Positions 26,800 through 40,215 of a stretch of 64,000 nt of DNA are shown here, in pieces. This stretch comes from Lama guanicoe (Eukaryota). Within the stretch, counting starts at the first letter, position 1. Every line of letters starts with the position of its first letter. Made by a program: the position numbers and the translations under genes. The stretch spans positions 520,074 through 584,073 of the forward strand of contig MU053934.1 of the NCBI GenBank assembly GCA_013239625.1, in the 5' to 3' direction. The notes below the pieces were generated by a model, which worked only from the letters and a program-made list of their open reading frames with translations, was not told the DNA's origin and did no database searches.

Positions 26800-27135
26800 C
26801 CTCTTCTCCCTGTCACAGGTAGACCTGACCTTCTTCCCCAGCTCCTGGATGTGAACAGTGCCTGTGGGACTAGCTCTGGCCAAGGAATTATGAGTAGAAG
26901 CCGCGAAGAGCCAGAACACGGTGCCCCAGGCTCCAACTCCCTCTGACCACTGTGATCTGTGACATTCCAGGGAGTGGGACGTGCCTGAGTCTCAGAGCGT
27001 AATGTGGGACAGGACCCTCCTCCACATACACACATACCACATGCAGATGAATGTGTTACATGAGTAAGAAATAAATCTTTGTTATTTAAACCACAGAGAT
27101 CTGCAGGTTGTTCACATAAATAGCATAACCTAATC
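26800..27135 (+). mobile_element. old MLT1 LTR
   Basis: gactagctctggccaagga...catgagtaagaaataaatctttgttatttaaaccacagagat...agcataacctaatcc. Confidence 0.7.
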
Positions 27136-27260
27136 CATGATAAATATAAATGGTTTATTAAAAAAGAAAAGCAAGTTCATGAGTCATCTGCCAAGAGCCC
27201 TTCCAATGAGAACATTGCATAATACTCAGACCATGACACACACCTTGGCTGCCCAAAGGC

Positions 27261-27291
27261 TGTGTGTGTGTGTGTGTGTGTGCGTGCGTGT
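27261..27291 (+). repeat. (TG)n microsatellite
   Basis: direct inspection. Confidence 0.95.
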
Positions 27292-29307
27292 GAATACGTC
27301 CACAGAACCAGAGCGCACCTGCCACTGCTGCTTCCTTGCAATGGGGTCTGAAAGGAGCTGTAAGCTACACAAGAACAGAGACCATGTCTCTTCTTCCTGT
27401 CTTCCCAGAACCTAATACACTGCCTGGTACAGAGCCAAAGTCAATATGATTCATCTAAGTTAACCATCTTGCTAGAGATCGGGAAAAAAAACACTACAGT
27501 AACTTCCCCAAGTTTACATGGAACTTGTAACTAGAGAAAGAACTAGGTCCAGCCATCGGTCTAAAACAGAGCTCCGCCCACCCCAACAGTTAGGTCCAAT
27601 GACACGGCGTGTCCCCGTCCTTGCCCTCCACATCTTAGGACACAGCCAATGACTCATGCCCAGAGCCAGTGTGACTGTGGTCAGATGCAGCTGCACGCGG
27701 CCAAGAGCACCCTCTGCCCGTGATGCCTTCCCCTTAGACGGTGAGGAATTTTCCAGCCAGGCCCGTTGGTGGATAGAATTCTTCCCGCTGCCCTCTGGGG
27801 TCAAGATGTCCTTGTTCAAACGGAGTCATTGGTACTTCACGCTGCCTGTCCTGTTGAAAGGGCAGATCTTGGTACAAGACTTAACAGTCACCGCAGGGCA
27901 CCCCCATGGCCTGGTGACAATGCATTCCTCATCTGCATTATCCAACAGTGAACAAAACCAACAGCCATTTACCCCGTGTTCACTAATTTCATGCCATTCC
28001 ATTGTATACGGGGCAGGAACTTCACTTCAATAATTACTACTTAAATTACTCGTCCCTAGAACAGTCCTATAAGGTGGATATCATTACCCTCATTTCACAG
28101 ATTAGAAAAGGATAGAACCACAGGTTCACGTCACATGCCCACATCAGACACCCAGGCCCCTGGATTTTGCTAACATCCTATCGATGGATATTTCTCTGTT
28201 CCGTGTATTTCTCTGAGTCTGTGATTTATCTGTTCATCTACGTCTTCCTTCCACCTTATAAACATGTATGGAGGGCCTGAGGCATTATTATCCCCATGTT
28301 ACACATGAGCTTTAAATTTAACTGTGAAGGATGGTTCCAGAATCTAAAGGTTTGACCAATTACAAAGTCTAAACACTTTTTACTAATAATAGCCCTGACC
28401 TCATAAGATTGTCACAAGAATTAAACGACTTTCGGAAAAATGTTCATAGTGGTGTCTGCCCCATAGGAGGGCCTCAATAAATGTCAGCGGTTCATAAACT
28501 GAAATATAAGGACAGCTAGCACATCAGAGCACAGCCTGGAGGCAGGGGAGACAGGCGGACAGCAAGGACCAGGCTCACGTCCAGTCCTACCAGAGCTCGC
28601 CCCAGAGGTAACACTTTGGACCTCTTCTTTCTTACAAACAAGATGAGGAAAATGAATCAGGTCACTTCCAGGAACCAGTCTGAAAATACTCTGACTTGTG
28701 ATGCTAGGAGTTGACCAATAAATGAGCAACTTCATGTCTAAGCATTGCAGACCGTTCTCCAAGTTCCCCCTGCAGAGAACACTGGCCTTTACTCCAGAAA
28801 ACCATGGAGGGGCCCCCATTTTGAAGGAGAAACTTCATAAAGGAACGTCCCAGAGGCCAGTCTACTCCAAAGAGGGACATTTATCAAGTCTCCAGATAGG
28901 AGATGGTGACAGCTTCAGCGAGATAAAGCCCACTTGGTTTTTCCCACTGCCCATCAATCCCACCTCCAAGAAGCACTGAATGCTGCAAATCTCCTCGGCT
29001 GCAATTAGTGAGAACAAAACAGCAAGTGTGGACGTGGGGGTGCACTATGATGGGGAGGAAGCGGCTGGGATCGCGAAACAAAAATGGTCACTCGTGACTG
29101 AGAAGCAGAGCAGGGAGGTTAGGACACGGTCAGAACAGAGCTGGGATGGCTCAGGGCTGAGGACATAAACCCCGCCCACCCCACACCTACGATCCTTGAT
29201 GCCAAGGACAGACACACCTGCCAACCAGGACACATTTCAAACAGACGCAGCCATTTCTCTTCTTTTTTTACAGCATCTTTTAAATTTTTTTTTAATTGTG
29301 ATAAAAT

Positions 29308-29702
29308 CCCCTATGACTGCTGCAACACAAACCTGGTGGCTTAAAAGAACAGAAACCTATTCTCTCAGAGCTTTGGAGGCCAGAAGTCCAAAATCCAGGT
29401 GTCAAGGGCTGTGCTCCCTCCAGGGGCTCCAGAGGAGAGTCTTTCCTTGCCTCTCCCAGCTCTGGCGGCACGCCTCCGATCTCTGCCTCCTCCTCTCCTG
29501 TGCGTAGAGAATCTCCCTCTGCCTCCCTCTGACAAGGACACACGCGATTGCATTTAGCAAACCCCCTGCCCCACCCATGCTCCCCGCCGTCACCAGGATT
29601 ATCGCCAGTGGTCTTTTCCCCTATTTTCAAATAAGGTTAACGTTTATGGGTTCCAGGAATCAGGATCTGATATCTTTGGGGGATATTTCTCAGCCTATTA
29701 CA
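29308..29702 (-). mobile_element. MLT1B/C-type LTR
   Basis: ggtggcttaaaagaacagaaacctattctctca...ggaggccagaagtccaaaatc...ccttgcctctcccagctctgg...cagcctattaca. Confidence 0.85.
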
Positions 29703-30305
29703 GTTCTCTTCCTACCTCATTTTAAGAAAATCAAGAAACATGTAACCTTTCCAAAGAAACAAGTAAGAGTCACACAACTAAAACATCCAAGCTGGAATCA
29801 GCCTTGACAATCAGCTAATTCCTTTTCCCTCCAAGTGGAAAGAGGAAGCCGGGAGTGAAAGTGATTGGCTGGGATTGTCCAGAAGACCCAGCCTAGCACA
29901 CGAGAGCTCCAGTAATCCGTGGCTTCTCCCAGGACACTTAAAAGAGTTCACTGAAAAGAATATTCTGTTACCCTCTTTCCCTCCCCATCTCAGAAAAAAT
30001 CCACAGTGTTTAAGACATGGGACCCACTGATGGCATAAAAGGAGGCGCATCTCTCCCAAGGGATATCATTTACCAAAAAAGCAACCTCTGAGTCAGCCCA
30101 GGAGCCTGGAGATGAAAAGTTCACAGCTGGACAGCGTGAACTCAGACCTGTCGCACGGTGGCTGCTGCAGAGGCCACGGGAGGTGTGTGAGGAGGGGAGG
30201 GGTGAGATCAGGGCTGCTCTCTAAGAAGGTAAGCTGGCATCGCGTGCACCGCCGGCTGGAGCAGAGACGAGCCGTGGACACTGTGAAGGAAGCCGTTATC
30301 TCCCC

Positions 30306-30492
30306 CAGTTCTCAAACGTCACGGAGCCTCTGGCCCACCTCGACAGCTGTTGTTAAAACTGAGATTTCTGGGTCCCAGTCCCAGAGTTTCAGATTCTGGT
30401 GATCTGGGTTGGCGCCCACAAACGTGCATTTCTAACAAGTTCGCAGGTGCATGTGAAGCTGCGGGTGTTATGGCAACACATGGAGAGCCCTG
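30306..30492. mobile_element. MER5A hAT MITE
   Basis: gttctcaaac...ttgttaaaac...cccagagtttcagattc...tgcatttctaacaagttcgcaggtg. Confidence 0.8.
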
Positions 30493-31519
30493 TTCTCGGG
30501 AGAAGCGAGGGCATAGGGTAGGAAGGGAGGAGAGAAGAGGTAGAAATGGACTCAAGGGGGTGAATATTGGAGCCAGTCCTGCGAGAATCCCTAGAATCCT
30601 GGTGGATGAGGAGACATGGAGTGGCAGAGAGGGACAAAGGTGGTACTCACCAAAAGAAGGAGAGTCAGGGAAAGCCGTCCGGAGGAGGGAAGATGAAAAA
30701 TTCTGTATCTGATACACAGAGTGGAACGCTGCTGGCGGGACAGGTGAGAAAACACATCCACACACCAAGGGGGCAGGTTCATAAATGAGAAAAAGCCACA
30801 GAACCTGGAGGCGACCTGCCTTTGAAGGGCAGGAGGGGACAGGACGGGAGTGCTCCAGGGGCAGGCGGGCTGGCCCCCGGGACAGCTCTCTTCCAGAAGT
30901 GCAGAGAGGGAGCCTCCACCGACGGAGGCGTCAGAGCGATGAGATCTGCTGGCGAGCTCGGGAAGGGTGGGGAGGGCAGAGAGCTGTTCAGATGTGACAA
31001 CCAGGTCCACGGCGGCACCTACAGCAGCTTGTGGGAAAGAAGCCAGGTTTCGGTGGCCAAGCTGAGAAAGCGAAAGCCTTTTCCACAAGCTCTTCTTTGA
31101 AGCCCGGGGATGAAGGCAGACAGAGAAGGGAGTTGGGATGAGAAAGAAAGGGTTTTATACCTTTACAACAAGGGGCCACTCTCTGTAGAGGAAAAAGCTG
31201 TCTAAAGAGAGATGCAACAGGCAAGCAAGAGAATGACAAGGAGGGCCTGAGGGCCAGGAATCGGTACAGCGAGTTCATGGTAACTCTGGGGGTGCCCTTA
31301 ATGCCAGCATGCAGTATCCCAGGGGTGCCCCAAAAGGAGTACACTTGCTTTTCAATCCCCAGTGTCTAAAGTAGCACCTGACATCAATAGCGTCCTTTAT
31401 AAAGAATCCCTGAATGAATGAATGAATGAGGAAATGTAATACTGCTAGAATGAGAAAGAAAAGAATTCCCTGCGCATGAAACCAATGTGTGACCCTCCCC
31501 TCCCCACGCTCAGCCACCA

Positions 31520-31912
31520 GAGCCTCCTTGCTAATCACACTGCTCAGAGCCCTGTCCCTGCCCTCTTTCTAGAATGCTTTTCTCCACTTAACTAGGTAAG
31601 TTGCTTCCTCATTTCATTCAGTGCTGTGATCACATGCTACCTTCTCCAAGAAGCTGTTAATTATCTCTTTTTCTAAAGCAACATCCCATCCGTCACTCAT
31701 GGCCCGGTCACTGTCTGACCCCTCTGACCTGCTACATTTTCCCTTCTCAGCCCTTCTGCACTTGACCTGTTTGAGACTTGTTTCTTTGTTCAATAGAATA
31801 TAAGGTCCACTGGCGTGGAGGCTTTGCTCGGCTCGTTCCTGTATCCTCAGTGCCTAACGCAGTTCCTGGCACATAGTAGGTGCTCAGTCGATATGTATTC
31901 AGTGAATGAATC
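31520..31912 (+). mobile_element. LINE-2 3' end
   Basis: ctgtatcctcagtgcctaacgcagttcctggcacatagtaggtgctcagtcgatatgtattcagtgaatgaat. Confidence 0.85.
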
Positions 31913-33013
31913 CACTACCTTACCTCTCTGGAATTCTCCCTCTCCCAGCCTTGACAGTCCCTTCAAGGGTTCCTGGAGGAATGTACTTGAACAGTGGAAG
32001 TCGAGGGGAGTGCTGAGAAACAAACCCCCACCCCCACCCCGCACCTGCGCTGCCATCAGATGAAAACTGATGACTGGCAGAAAAATCCAGCCACCATCTG
32101 GTTGTTCAAGGACCCCTCCCGGGTGCTGACAGCATTGTCATTCAAGATAATGAAGATGAAAACCAACAGTGATCCACGGGGACAGGTTCCCAGGAGGCAG
32201 CCTGGCTGGACTTAACTCCTTCCGAGCCAGGAGCCCCAGAGCTTCCGGGCATCCCGGGAAGAAACCACCCTCCACTGAGGGTGAAAACAGGAAACCAGGG
32301 AGGACCCCCCCCCCACCGTGGGAGATTACAGATGACTTGTTTCAGAAAGGGAGGAGATGGAGAAACTCCGAGCAAAAGCACTTAGCCAAGATAGCGGCCG
32401 TGGGAGGTGAAGAATGATGCTGCCATGACAGGTAACATACTCTTTGCCCATCAGTCAACAGGGTCCTTCTGGCTGGGGGCGACCTGTGCTTCCAGCTCAT
32501 TTATTAAAGTGGTGGTGTACGCTCCCAGCCTCAATGCCTGAGACCCACGGCCGCTCTGTCTTCAAGGGACCTTCCATCTCTGAAATTTACAGAAAGAGGT
32601 TGTCCAGCATAATCAACTGTCTTGAGCGAGCAGATCACATTCAATGAGCACAGAAAACTTCAGGGAGCTCGGGGGAGGAGAGGAAACCAAGGCCGGGAGG
32701 ATGCCAAGGCAGAGGGAGCAGGTGGCTGTGGTTCGTCCCTCTTCTCAACTCACAGGTGAGGAAACTCAGGGACACATTTCCTCTGTGAGAGGCAGGAGTG
32801 ATGCACACTCGTGCCAGGGGACCTGGTTTTGAATTCCGCCTCTGCCAGTTATCAGCCGTATAATCAGGGACAACACATTGTACACATCAGTGCTTCGGTT
32901 TCCTCAAAGGTAAGGTGAAGATCGCAACAAGTTACTAACATCCAGGCTGTCAGAGAATTACATGAGTCCGTGTATGTCAAGTGGTGGTTCATGCAAGCAT
33001 TCTAGAGGCTGGA

Positions 33014-33102
33014 GATGATGTGATGAGATGATGCTGATGATAACGGTGATGATGGTGATGGTGATTATAAGTATGGTAATGATGGTGATAAGGATGGTGA
33101 TG
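33014..33102 (+). repeat. degenerate (GAT/GGT)n trinucleotide repeat at a MIR tail
   Basis: direct inspection; MIR-like sequence at about 32790-33010. Confidence 0.85.
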
Positions 33103-33224
33103 GGGGGAGGCAGTGCTGATGGAAACGGCATTAGTGGCGGTGGTGACACTGCTCACATGTGGACAGAGATGCTGGGGGTACACAGAGCAAAGGAGTGACA
33201 AAAAATTTCATTAAAAGAAGAGTC

Positions 33225-33345
33225 AGGTGAATATATATATATGTATATGCATGACTGGGACATTGTGCTGTACACCAGAAATTGACACATTATGTAATTG
33301 ATGGTACTTCAATAAAAACAAAACAAAACAAAATACAAACAAAAA
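33225..33345 (+). mobile_element. very short L1 3' tail
   Basis: gcatgactgggacattgtgctgtacaccagaaattgacaca...acttcaataaaaacaaaacaaaac. Confidence 0.85.
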
Positions 33346-33394
33346 AGAATATGGGGGGGAAAAAAGAGAAGAGTGTGGTAAAAAGGTAGTATTT

Positions 33395-34170
33395 TACATC
33401 ATTCAAAAGTCTACAAACTATAAATGCTGGAGAGGATGTGGAGAAAAGGAACCCTTCTACACTGTTGGTGGGAATGTAGTGGGGTGCAGCCACTATGAAA
33501 AACAGTATGGAGATTTCTTAAAAAACTAAAAATAGACTTATCCTCTGATCCAGCAATCCCACTCCTGGGCATATATCCAGAGGGAACTCTAATTCAAAAA
33601 GATACATCCACCCCAATGTTCAAAGCAGCATTATATACAATAGCCAAGACATGGAAGTAACTTAAATGTCCATCGACAGATGACTAGACAAAGAAGTTGT
33701 GGTATATTTATATAATGGAATACTACTCAGCCACAAAAAATAATAAAATCATGCCATTTGCAACAACATGGATAGACCTGGAGATTGCCATTCTAAGTGA
33801 AATAAGCCAGAAAGAGAAAGAAAAATACCATATGATATCACTTACATGTGGAATCTGAAAAAAAAGGGAGGGGCACAATTGAACTTAATTACAAAACAGA
33901 GACAGACTTGCAGACATAGAAAACAAACATATGGTTGCTGGGGGGGAAGGAGGTAGGAAGGGATAAACTGGGAGTTTGAGACTTGCAGATGCTAACTACT
34001 ATATATAAAATAAACAACAAGTTTCTCCTGTATAGCACAGGGAACTATGTTCAATATCTTGTAGTAACCTATAACAAAAAAGAACATGAAAATGAATATA
34101 TATGTATGACTGAAACATTAAGCTGTACACCAGAAATTGATACAACATTGTAATCTGACTATACTTTAAT
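33395..34170 (+). mobile_element. 5'-truncated L1 (ORF2 C-terminus remnant plus 3' UTR)
   Basis: aaatgctggagaggatgtggagaaaaggaaccc...gatccagcaatcccactcctgggcatatatcc...atgccatttgcaacaacatggatagacctggag. Confidence 0.93.
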
Positions 34171-35066
34171 TAAATATATATATATGTGTGTGTATATATA
34201 TGTATGGCAGTATCTGAACTTGCATTTGGGTGCATATGAGCACCGTTTCCCTGCATCTCCTTTCCTGTTCCTCCAGTAACACATCTGAAGATGAGGGGAC
34301 AGGTCTGTTGAGCTGAAAAGATGCTAAGAGTCGGGAGAAAGCTGCACTGAAGTGGGGTGTGGGAAGGTCATTAGAAGTTGCCTCCTTTTCCTTGCTGGGC
34401 CAGGACCTCATGCCTGCCTGGAGCCTGGGGGCGCCGCAGGCACACAGGAGCACTCTCGGGGCTGCCAATGGAACCCTGAAACCACCTGTTGGAGGATAAG
34501 GGAGCCGCGGCCTCAGACTTGCTCCTAGGGGCTTTCCCCCCTCCTCCAGCATCAGCACCTGTGGTCCAGGCCAGAAAGGCTGAGCGTCCAGGACACCTCC
34601 CCTGGAGTCAGTACAGCCCTGTAGGTGAGAGGAGCACAGAGCTGGGAGCAGACTCCCTGGGCACACATCTAGACTCCAGCACATGCTCTGTGATTCTGGG
34701 GGAGTTTTCTGAAACTCTCCATGGGGGCCCACTTGGAACTGTGTCTGAGGTGTGGCCTTGCCCGCAGGTGGGTAAACGCAGGCCCCAGTGCTTTGATAAG
34801 CCCCAGGGCACACATGTACCTTCAACTGGAAAGCACATTCTGGAAAACCCCTCTATGTCCCACTGTGGGGGTGGGGTGACGTCTTCCCCAGAACCCCAAA
34901 AGCACCACGCCTGCCAAAGAGCTTAGAATATGTCAGCCTGCAGAGCGAGTTGACTTTCACGTTGTTAATTACATTATTTCCCCAGTGAGATCTGAAACTC
35001 CTCAGTAACGCCTAAACACCCGAATAGCACCTTACCGATTACAAGGTGTGATCAAATCAGGAACCC

Positions 35067-35335
35067 TGCATTACGGGCTGCACTGTGTCTCCCATCCTCC
35101 TGCCCCTGCAAATTCAGACACTGAAGTCTTAACTCCCAGTGCCGCAGAATGCGACTGCACTTGCAGGAGGGACTTTCAGGAAGTAACGGAGGTCGAACGG
35201 CATCACTGGGGTGGTCCGGTGGGACTGGGTGCTTATCAGGAAGGGTAGTTTCAGAATGGCGAGAAAAAGAATTCCTGTATTTGAAGCCACCTAGTGCGTG
35301 GTACTCTGGGGTTGTGGCCCTAACTACCTAATATA
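35067..35335 (+). mobile_element. internally deleted MLT1 LTR
   Basis: tacgggctgcactgtgtctccc...aaattca...gaagtcttaactcccagt...tgaagccacctagt...ctaata. Confidence 0.7.
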
Positions 35336-35690
35336 CCCCGCAAGGCATCAGTCTCGATGCCCGGTCATTGTCATTTTACCACGAGAACACGGGGATTCTC
35401 AGACTTGCCCGAGCCAGGCAGCCACTAAGTGGTGAACTGAGGTTCAAGAGAATGAAGCCTGGCTCTTTCTGCCACTTTCTGATTATTCTGATAGTTACTC
35501 AAAAATATTTACTGAGTATCTTCCATGTGTTAAGACCTTTTGTTTGTTTAGCTTTTTTGTTTTTTATATACTAAGATCTTTTTTGGGTGCCAAGAATACT
35601 ATAGTGACAGGAAACCCCTTCTCTCACGGGACTGATGATATAGGAGATAAATGATACTTATAATCAGATAAATATAAAATATCCACCTTT

Positions 35691-35885
35691 ATATATATAG
35701 AATAAACAAGTTTATACTGTGTAGCACAGGGAAATATATTCAAGATCTTGTAGTAGTTCATGGTGAAAAAAATATGAAAATAAATATATGTATATTCACG
35801 TATGACTGCAAAATTGTGCTGTACACCAGAAATCGACACAACATTGTAAACTGACTATAACTCAATAAAAAAAATAAAAAACAAA
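35691..35885 (+). mobile_element. 5'-truncated L1 3' tail
   Basis: same family tail; imperfect TSD ataaaatatccaccttta / ataaaatatttaccttta. Confidence 0.88.
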
Positions 35886-37959
35886 ATAAAATATTTACCT
35901 TTAGAAATAAGTACAGTGCTGGGAATATAAGCAAATTTTTTCCTCATTCTAGTCTACAGTTCTGACTATAAACATTGAAGCCAAACAATTAAAGTTTCCC
36001 TTTGAAAAAACCTAAACCATGAAAGTGAATATTCAGAGGGAAAATGCTGGGGAGAAGGGAGGGGACAGCATCGCTTATTTATTCCACTCTTCTTTAAGTA
36101 GACAAAAAAAATAAATCAGACAGAAGTAAGTCATGAGCCCTGAGCAGAAGTTTCTATCATGTTAATAAGCCTTAGCAACAAAGCCTGTGGTTTTAGAAAT
36201 GATATACTTAGCATTTCTTATGCGGGAAAATGTTTCCCTCTAAAGTTTGAGGCCCAGGCTATTTCAAAGAATATCCATGCTCAGGGAAATGGAATTTGTT
36301 TTTCTTCGCCCAGATGAGAATTCACACAATGGCTAGCGCTCTCTGCCAGGGAAAATTCTTGCAAAACCGGATGGAGTGGAATTTCACTTTACGGCTGGTG
36401 CTGAGGCATAAATTATTGTTACATGTTTATAAGGGTTGTATGTCGGGATAATGTTTTACCACTGGAGAAGCACTGACACAACATGTGGCTTCTTTAAGTG
36501 TTTTCTTCATTTACAGTTCTGCACTTTGGGGTCTGTAATGGCAGGCAAGTCAGTGCAAACCCTCTATGACTGTCACCCACCTGGACGACTGGAAGCTTTC
36601 TCAGACTGGAAACTGTCACCTGCAACAAAGGGGCTGCAAGGATTTCATGTTTCTACACCCACTCTCTTTGAGCGGGAGGTGCTTTCAGTGTCACATTAAT
36701 GAACACAGAGGATAGCATTCAAGACGGGACCAGAAATGCACCAGCGTCTCCCAGGCTCGCGGATCTGAGCTGCCTACCAGAGGCAGATGAGAAAGGACAT
36801 GTGAGGCCCTGGCAGTATCCACCAGCACTCGATGATTCATGCTAAGAACATGCTGGTTCTAACGGCGGCCCAACTACTCTGAGAATCCGTATAACTACGA
36901 GGTGAGTTTAATCCAGGATTCTAAGCCCACCTGGCCGGGATAAATCCCTCCAATTCTGAGCTTTGTTCTAGCATCTTGAAAACAGAGAAAATCACAATAC
37001 CCACATCATAAAACAGAGAAAAATCGTAACACCCACACATAATCATAGGAGTAAAGTGACACAGAAATGAAATCAGGCATGTTAAGTTTTCCTGGCCCCA
37101 TGCCCGACACATCCTAGGCATTCAAGTTATACTGTTTAGATGAACAAGGTCATTTCATTGCTTATTGGCAAGAAAGAGACAGATAAGGCTCACGGTTAGG
37201 AATCACTCTTTTCCTCCCAACTGTGTTAGCCCTGGTCCAGCCTTGACTCTGCAAGGTCAGGAACAGAGTTCTGGGCCCCCAGAAGGGATTCAGCAAAGCC
37301 CTTCAATTCGTGTGCAGAACTCTGTGTGTGTTTGTGTGTGTGTGTGTGCATGCACACACACGTGCACAAAGAAGCACGTTGGGGGAAGAGGCCACATCAT
37401 AACAGCCTCTCCAAGGGAACCACAGCCAGAAAAGGCTGACAATGACCAGTGAGGAGTCCGCCTCTCGCCTCTCCCTCAGCCTGCCTCCTGCAGATGGGAC
37501 AGAGCTGGTGTGATGGAGGGAAAGACAAAGGAGTCAGACTGTTGAAAAGTTAAAGCCCTGGCTCTGTGCCCTCCTCGCTGGGTGACCTCAGCAGGGCTCT
37601 CTACCCCTCTGAGCACCATGCCTCCTCAGTAACACAGCGTCAAGGCCACCTCCTCGCAGGGGGTGCTGGGATGGTTAAGTACAATAACAAACATCTGGCA
37701 TGCAGTGGTGCCAGCTAAGTGTTAGTCTCTCCAGCTGCAGTCTCTGCTGGAGAAACAGAAGGTTCTTCTTGGCCAACAGGACCCAGTACAAGTCCTTTCC
37801 TCTCTTTCCATCCATCCATTGGCTGCTTTCCTGCACACCCTGAACCCCTGCCAACTTCATATGCATGCATCAGGCCAGCTCCATCTCACCTGAGTACACC
37901 TATCTACAGTTCAACATGCCCCTACTGCCACCAAGTACAACCTCCTGACAAGTCTCCAC

Positions 37960-38180
37960 TGTGTTCCAGTGGCAGCACAGCTTCAGAATCGAGCCACTGG
38001 GTTCAAACACCAGCCTTTCCACTCCCTTGCTGGTTTCTAAGACCAGAAATTCAACTTCTCTGTGACTCAGGTTCCTAATCTAGAAAATGAAGATGATGGT
38101 ATTATTCATCTCATTGGAAAAAAATTAATCCCTGCAAAGTATGAGGATAAGGTCTGGCGTGTTGCAAGTACTAGCTATGA
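37960..38180 (+). mobile_element. MIR SINE
   Basis: ctgggttcaaacaccagc...ttctctgtgactcaggttcctaatctagaaaatgaagatgat. Confidence 0.7.
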
Positions 38181-38409
38181 TGAGTATGTGATTGCAAAAT
38201 AGAAAGATTCAGCGACACCAGCTCAGAGAACGGCATTTTCCTGTGAACTCTCAGAAGACGGAAGGGAGACAGGTTCTCCCATGATCCTCAGAACAGCAAC
38301 TCTAGTGCAAGCAATAGCGGGCTGGAAGCTAGAACCCACGCAGCACAAGGGACCCAGCTGGGAGAGTGTGGGCTCTGGCGTGAGCTGGTTCAGCTGCTCC
38401 CTGTGTCTG

Positions 38410-38810
38410 TAAGATCTGGCCCTGTCTTCTCCATCTTCATCTCCTGCTGCTCCATCTCAGCCTCAACGGCTTTTCTCTGTCCTTTGAACAAGCCACGCCT
38501 ACTTGCACCTCAGGACCTTTGCACTTGTGGTTCCCTCTGTCTAGAGCTCTCTACTGTCCTGTTTTTGCATAGCAGCTTTTTCACAGCCTTCGGGTGTCCC
38601 CTCCCCAAGAGGCCCTCCCTAACCACCTGACCCTTCCCTCTCACCACCCACTCTCTACCCCATCAATCTGTATTATTTCCTTCATAGTACTCATCTTAAA
38701 AAAAATACATTTCTTCTACATTTCCTTACCCCAGAATACAACATCCAAGAAGGCAGGGATTGTCTGTTTCCTCATGTTCCTAGAAGCATGTTTCATCCTT
38801 AGTAGGCACA
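38410..38810 (+). mobile_element. LINE-2 fragment
   Basis: cacctcaggacctttgcacttgtggttccctctgtctagagctctc...gaggccctccctaaccacc. Confidence 0.75.
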
Positions 38811-39627
38811 CCCTACTGGCCACAGGAATGAAGTCCTCTCCTGCTTCATTTCCTGTTAACAAGTGGCTGGTTCTCTCTGTATTTCTAGCTAAGATTCTCA
38901 AAAGATGCACATAACTAACACCATGATCACAATAAGGTGGCAGGTCTGTATGCTGGCCTGCTACAAAGGATGCTGCCCAGACTCTGGAACGGCCGGTGGG
39001 TCAGCTGCCCACCCTGAAGCCAATGAGCAGAGATTCTTGGAGAGCCCCAGCAACAAGGCTGAGGCCACTGCCATTAGCAGGTGCCGTGGGTGTGGTAAGT
39101 CCCAAAACAGTCATGTCGAAGGCACAGTCTTTGTAATACCCTCTATTACATATGTATAAATCCCGTTTCCCCAACAACGCTATGCATTTCTTAACAGCAA
39201 ACGCTCTGGTACCTGCCCATAACACCTTTAAGAAAGGTTAATTCAAACGGGGAACCAGAACCAGGTGGACTGTGAAGGCCATTAAAACCAGAGAGTAAGA
39301 GGCATCCGTGAAAACCCTTTGCGGAGGGCAGGAACGCTTGTGAGAGCCTGTTCTGTAGATGACAGTGAACATCTGAGTCTTGAGGCTTCTTCAAGGAGCC
39401 GCAGGAGAAGAGCTGACTCAGCTGAGAACGTCCACGTCAGATGGCCACCGGTGGGACTGAAGCCAGAGGCCAGAGTGGTCTCCGAATGGGGGTTTCGGGT
39501 GTACGGAGGTCCTGCCCCTCCAGCCCTGGGCCGGCAGGGAATCTCCCGTTTACGCCAGTGCACCGTGCAAACATCATTTTTCACGGAGCTTCATGGTGCA
39601 AGGAGTCAGGAAGTTTCTGCTTTAGAA

Positions 39628-39927
39628 CACGGATCAGCAAACATTTTCCGCAAACCATCAGATGGTAATTATTTTAGGCTTTGGGGGCCGCAGCTACTCA
39701 AGCCTGCAGTTGCAGCAGAAAGCAGCCTTAGACAAGGGCCAATGAACGGTGTGCTTGTGCCAACAAAACCTTACTGGCATTTAAATTTCATGTAATTTTG
39801 ACATGTCATGGAATAATGGAATAGTATTCTTTTTTTCTTTTTCTTTTTTTGTTTTTTGGACTACTAAAAATGTAAAAGCCATCCCTTGCTCGTGGGCTAT
39901 GCAATAACAGGTGGTGCCCAACTCCTG
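39628..39927. mobile_element. MER58B-like hAT MITE
   Basis: tcagcaaacatttt...cagatggtaattattttaggctttg...gcagctactcaa...taaaaatgtaaaagccat. Confidence 0.8.
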
Positions 39928-40094
39928 CCCTTGATCGTTCCCCGTGGTGATCTCATCACAGGGTTGGAAGGTCAAGGTCCTCAGGACATTCCATGCCGGG
40001 ACTATGGCTGCTGGACTCTCCTCTGCTCAGTCTCCGGTGATTCAGAGAACCACAAGGATCTCAAATCATGGTGTTAAAAATTGTAATATACAAA

Positions 40095-40215
40095 TTACAT
40101 TAATGAAAAAGTATATGAAACAGAATATGTATACATATGTATAACTGAATCATTATTCTGTGAACCAGAAACTAACACAACTTCGCAAACTGACTACACC
40201 TCAATAAAAAAATAA
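40095..40215 (+). mobile_element. very short L1 3' tail
   Basis: gtataactgaatcattattctgtgaaccagaaactaacacaac...caataaaaaaat. Confidence 0.8.

Noticed and set aside
27514..28033. Several overlapping ORFs in unique sequence
   Set aside because: No recognisable protein and no consistent splice boundaries.
34166..34926. Longest ORF (219 aa, minus) and overlapping ORFs
   Set aside because: No recognisable domain; GC-rich chance ORF that runs into an L1 tail and TA repeat.
37340..37361. 22-bp perfect palindrome gtgtgtgtgcatgcacacacac
   Set aside because: Ordinary (TG)n/(CA)n microsatellite junction.
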